Shown here in pieces: positions 7,828 to 8,139 of a DNA stretch of 8,139 nucleotides (the first letter of the stretch is position 1; the number at the start of each line of letters is the position of its first letter). The notes beneath the pieces were generated by a model. The model saw only the letters and a list, made by a program, of their open reading frames with translations. It made no database searches and was not told the DNA's origin. Source of the stretch: Geosiphon pyriformis uo1 (taxonomy: Eukaryota > Fungi > Glomeromycota); contig JAAOMT010000652.1 of NCBI GenBank assembly GCA_016748015.1, forward strand, positions 1-8,139, read 5' to 3'. Position numbers and translations under genes: made by a program.

Positions 7828-7890
7828 TTTTGTCTTTTCTTTTTTAGCAATGAATTATTGCTAATTATTATTTCCTTTTTGATTTTCTTT

Positions 7891-7907
7891 CCTCGTAGGG
7901 TTCACCA
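7891..7907 (-). other. Primer binding site, probably tRNA-Trp
   Basis: TGGTGAACCCTACGAGG lies 2 nt after the LTR CA end. Its complement (...CTCGTAGGGTTCACCA) resembles the eukaryotic tRNA-Trp 3' end as I recall it (...CACGTCGGGTTCACCA). The tRNA identity needs checking against host tRNAs. Confidence 0.8.
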
Positions 7908-7909
7908 AA

Positions 7910-8139
7910 TGTTACAGGATGGTTTTCTTGTTATATTTAATTGCAATCAGTCTTTCGTGAGTTCCTCAATTCTTATTTGTGTGATAATGTCACTGTTACA
8001 CTGAAGGCTTTCTTTTTACTGCTGCGATGTAAGTTATTCTTTAATTCTTGATTGTTGTGTGTGTTTATGTACTCCTTCTCAGAGGCTGAACTGAAATCTA
8101 CCCACTGTTTGGGGTCTTCTATGAGACTATCCTTGCAAT
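7910..8139 (-). repeat. 5' LTR, U5 end (partial)
   Basis: Minus strand ...CCTGTAACA ends at 7910, followed by a 2-nt spacer (TT) and a TGG-starting PBS; contains repeat copy B. Confidence 0.88.
7962..8139 (+). repeat. Direct repeat copy B (part of the 5' LTR)
   Basis: Ungapped match to 1..178 (ttcctcaattcttatttgtg...ccttgcaat). Confidence 0.98.

Larger units (their letters stand above)
1..8139 (-). mobile_element. Ty3/Gypsy-type LTR retrotransposon, degenerate, dUTPase-carrying; both LTRs cut by the window edges
   Basis: Terminal direct repeats (1..178 matches 7962..8139), PBS, PPT, and minus-strand domain order Gag-PR-(dUT)-RT-[RH]-IN. Integrase after RT is the Ty3/Gypsy order. Confidence 0.97.

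Noticed and set aside
3878-8004. Short plus-strand and alternate-frame ORFs (3878, 4323, 4814, 5036, 5151, 5615, 6040, 7009, 7110, 7762)
   Set aside because: They overlap the well-supported gag-pol frame or the LTR/PBS, have no recognisable motifs, and are explained by strand compositional skew.
1-8139. Endogenous retrovirus or caulimovirid (suggested by dUTPase and the extra ORF)
   Set aside because: RT and integrase motifs are Ty3/Gypsy-like, no env or movement protein is visible, and LTRs plus an integrase argue against a pararetrovirus.

Overview
The whole window is one decayed Ty3/Gypsy-type (Metaviridae-like) LTR retrotransposon on the minus strand, in AT-rich eukaryotic DNA. A fungal host is likely, possibly Glomeromycotina, but that is recall-level inference only. 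Minus-strand order: partial 5' LTR (ends ...GTAACA at 7910), tRNA-Trp-like PBS, then one reading frame from 7827 to 3048 broken only by point-mutation stops. That frame encodes an ATG-less ~293-codon N-terminal extension, Gag with a CCHC knuckle, aspartic protease, an unexplained Cys-rich domain, a dUTPase, a possible second degenerate dUTPase-like fold and RT. After a 274-N gap come the probable RNase H end and an HHCC/DD35E integrase that may be a separate ORF. After a 514-N gap come an extra non-env ORF of >=195 codons, the PPT and the 3' LTR (starts TGTTA at 795). The 178-bp direct repeats at the window ends are only part of an LTR of about 850 bp. The main points of interest are the protease/Cys-rich/dUTPase/RT cargo inside pol, the 3' accessory ORF, the unusual expression layout, and decay that appears to be almost entirely C>T/G>A.
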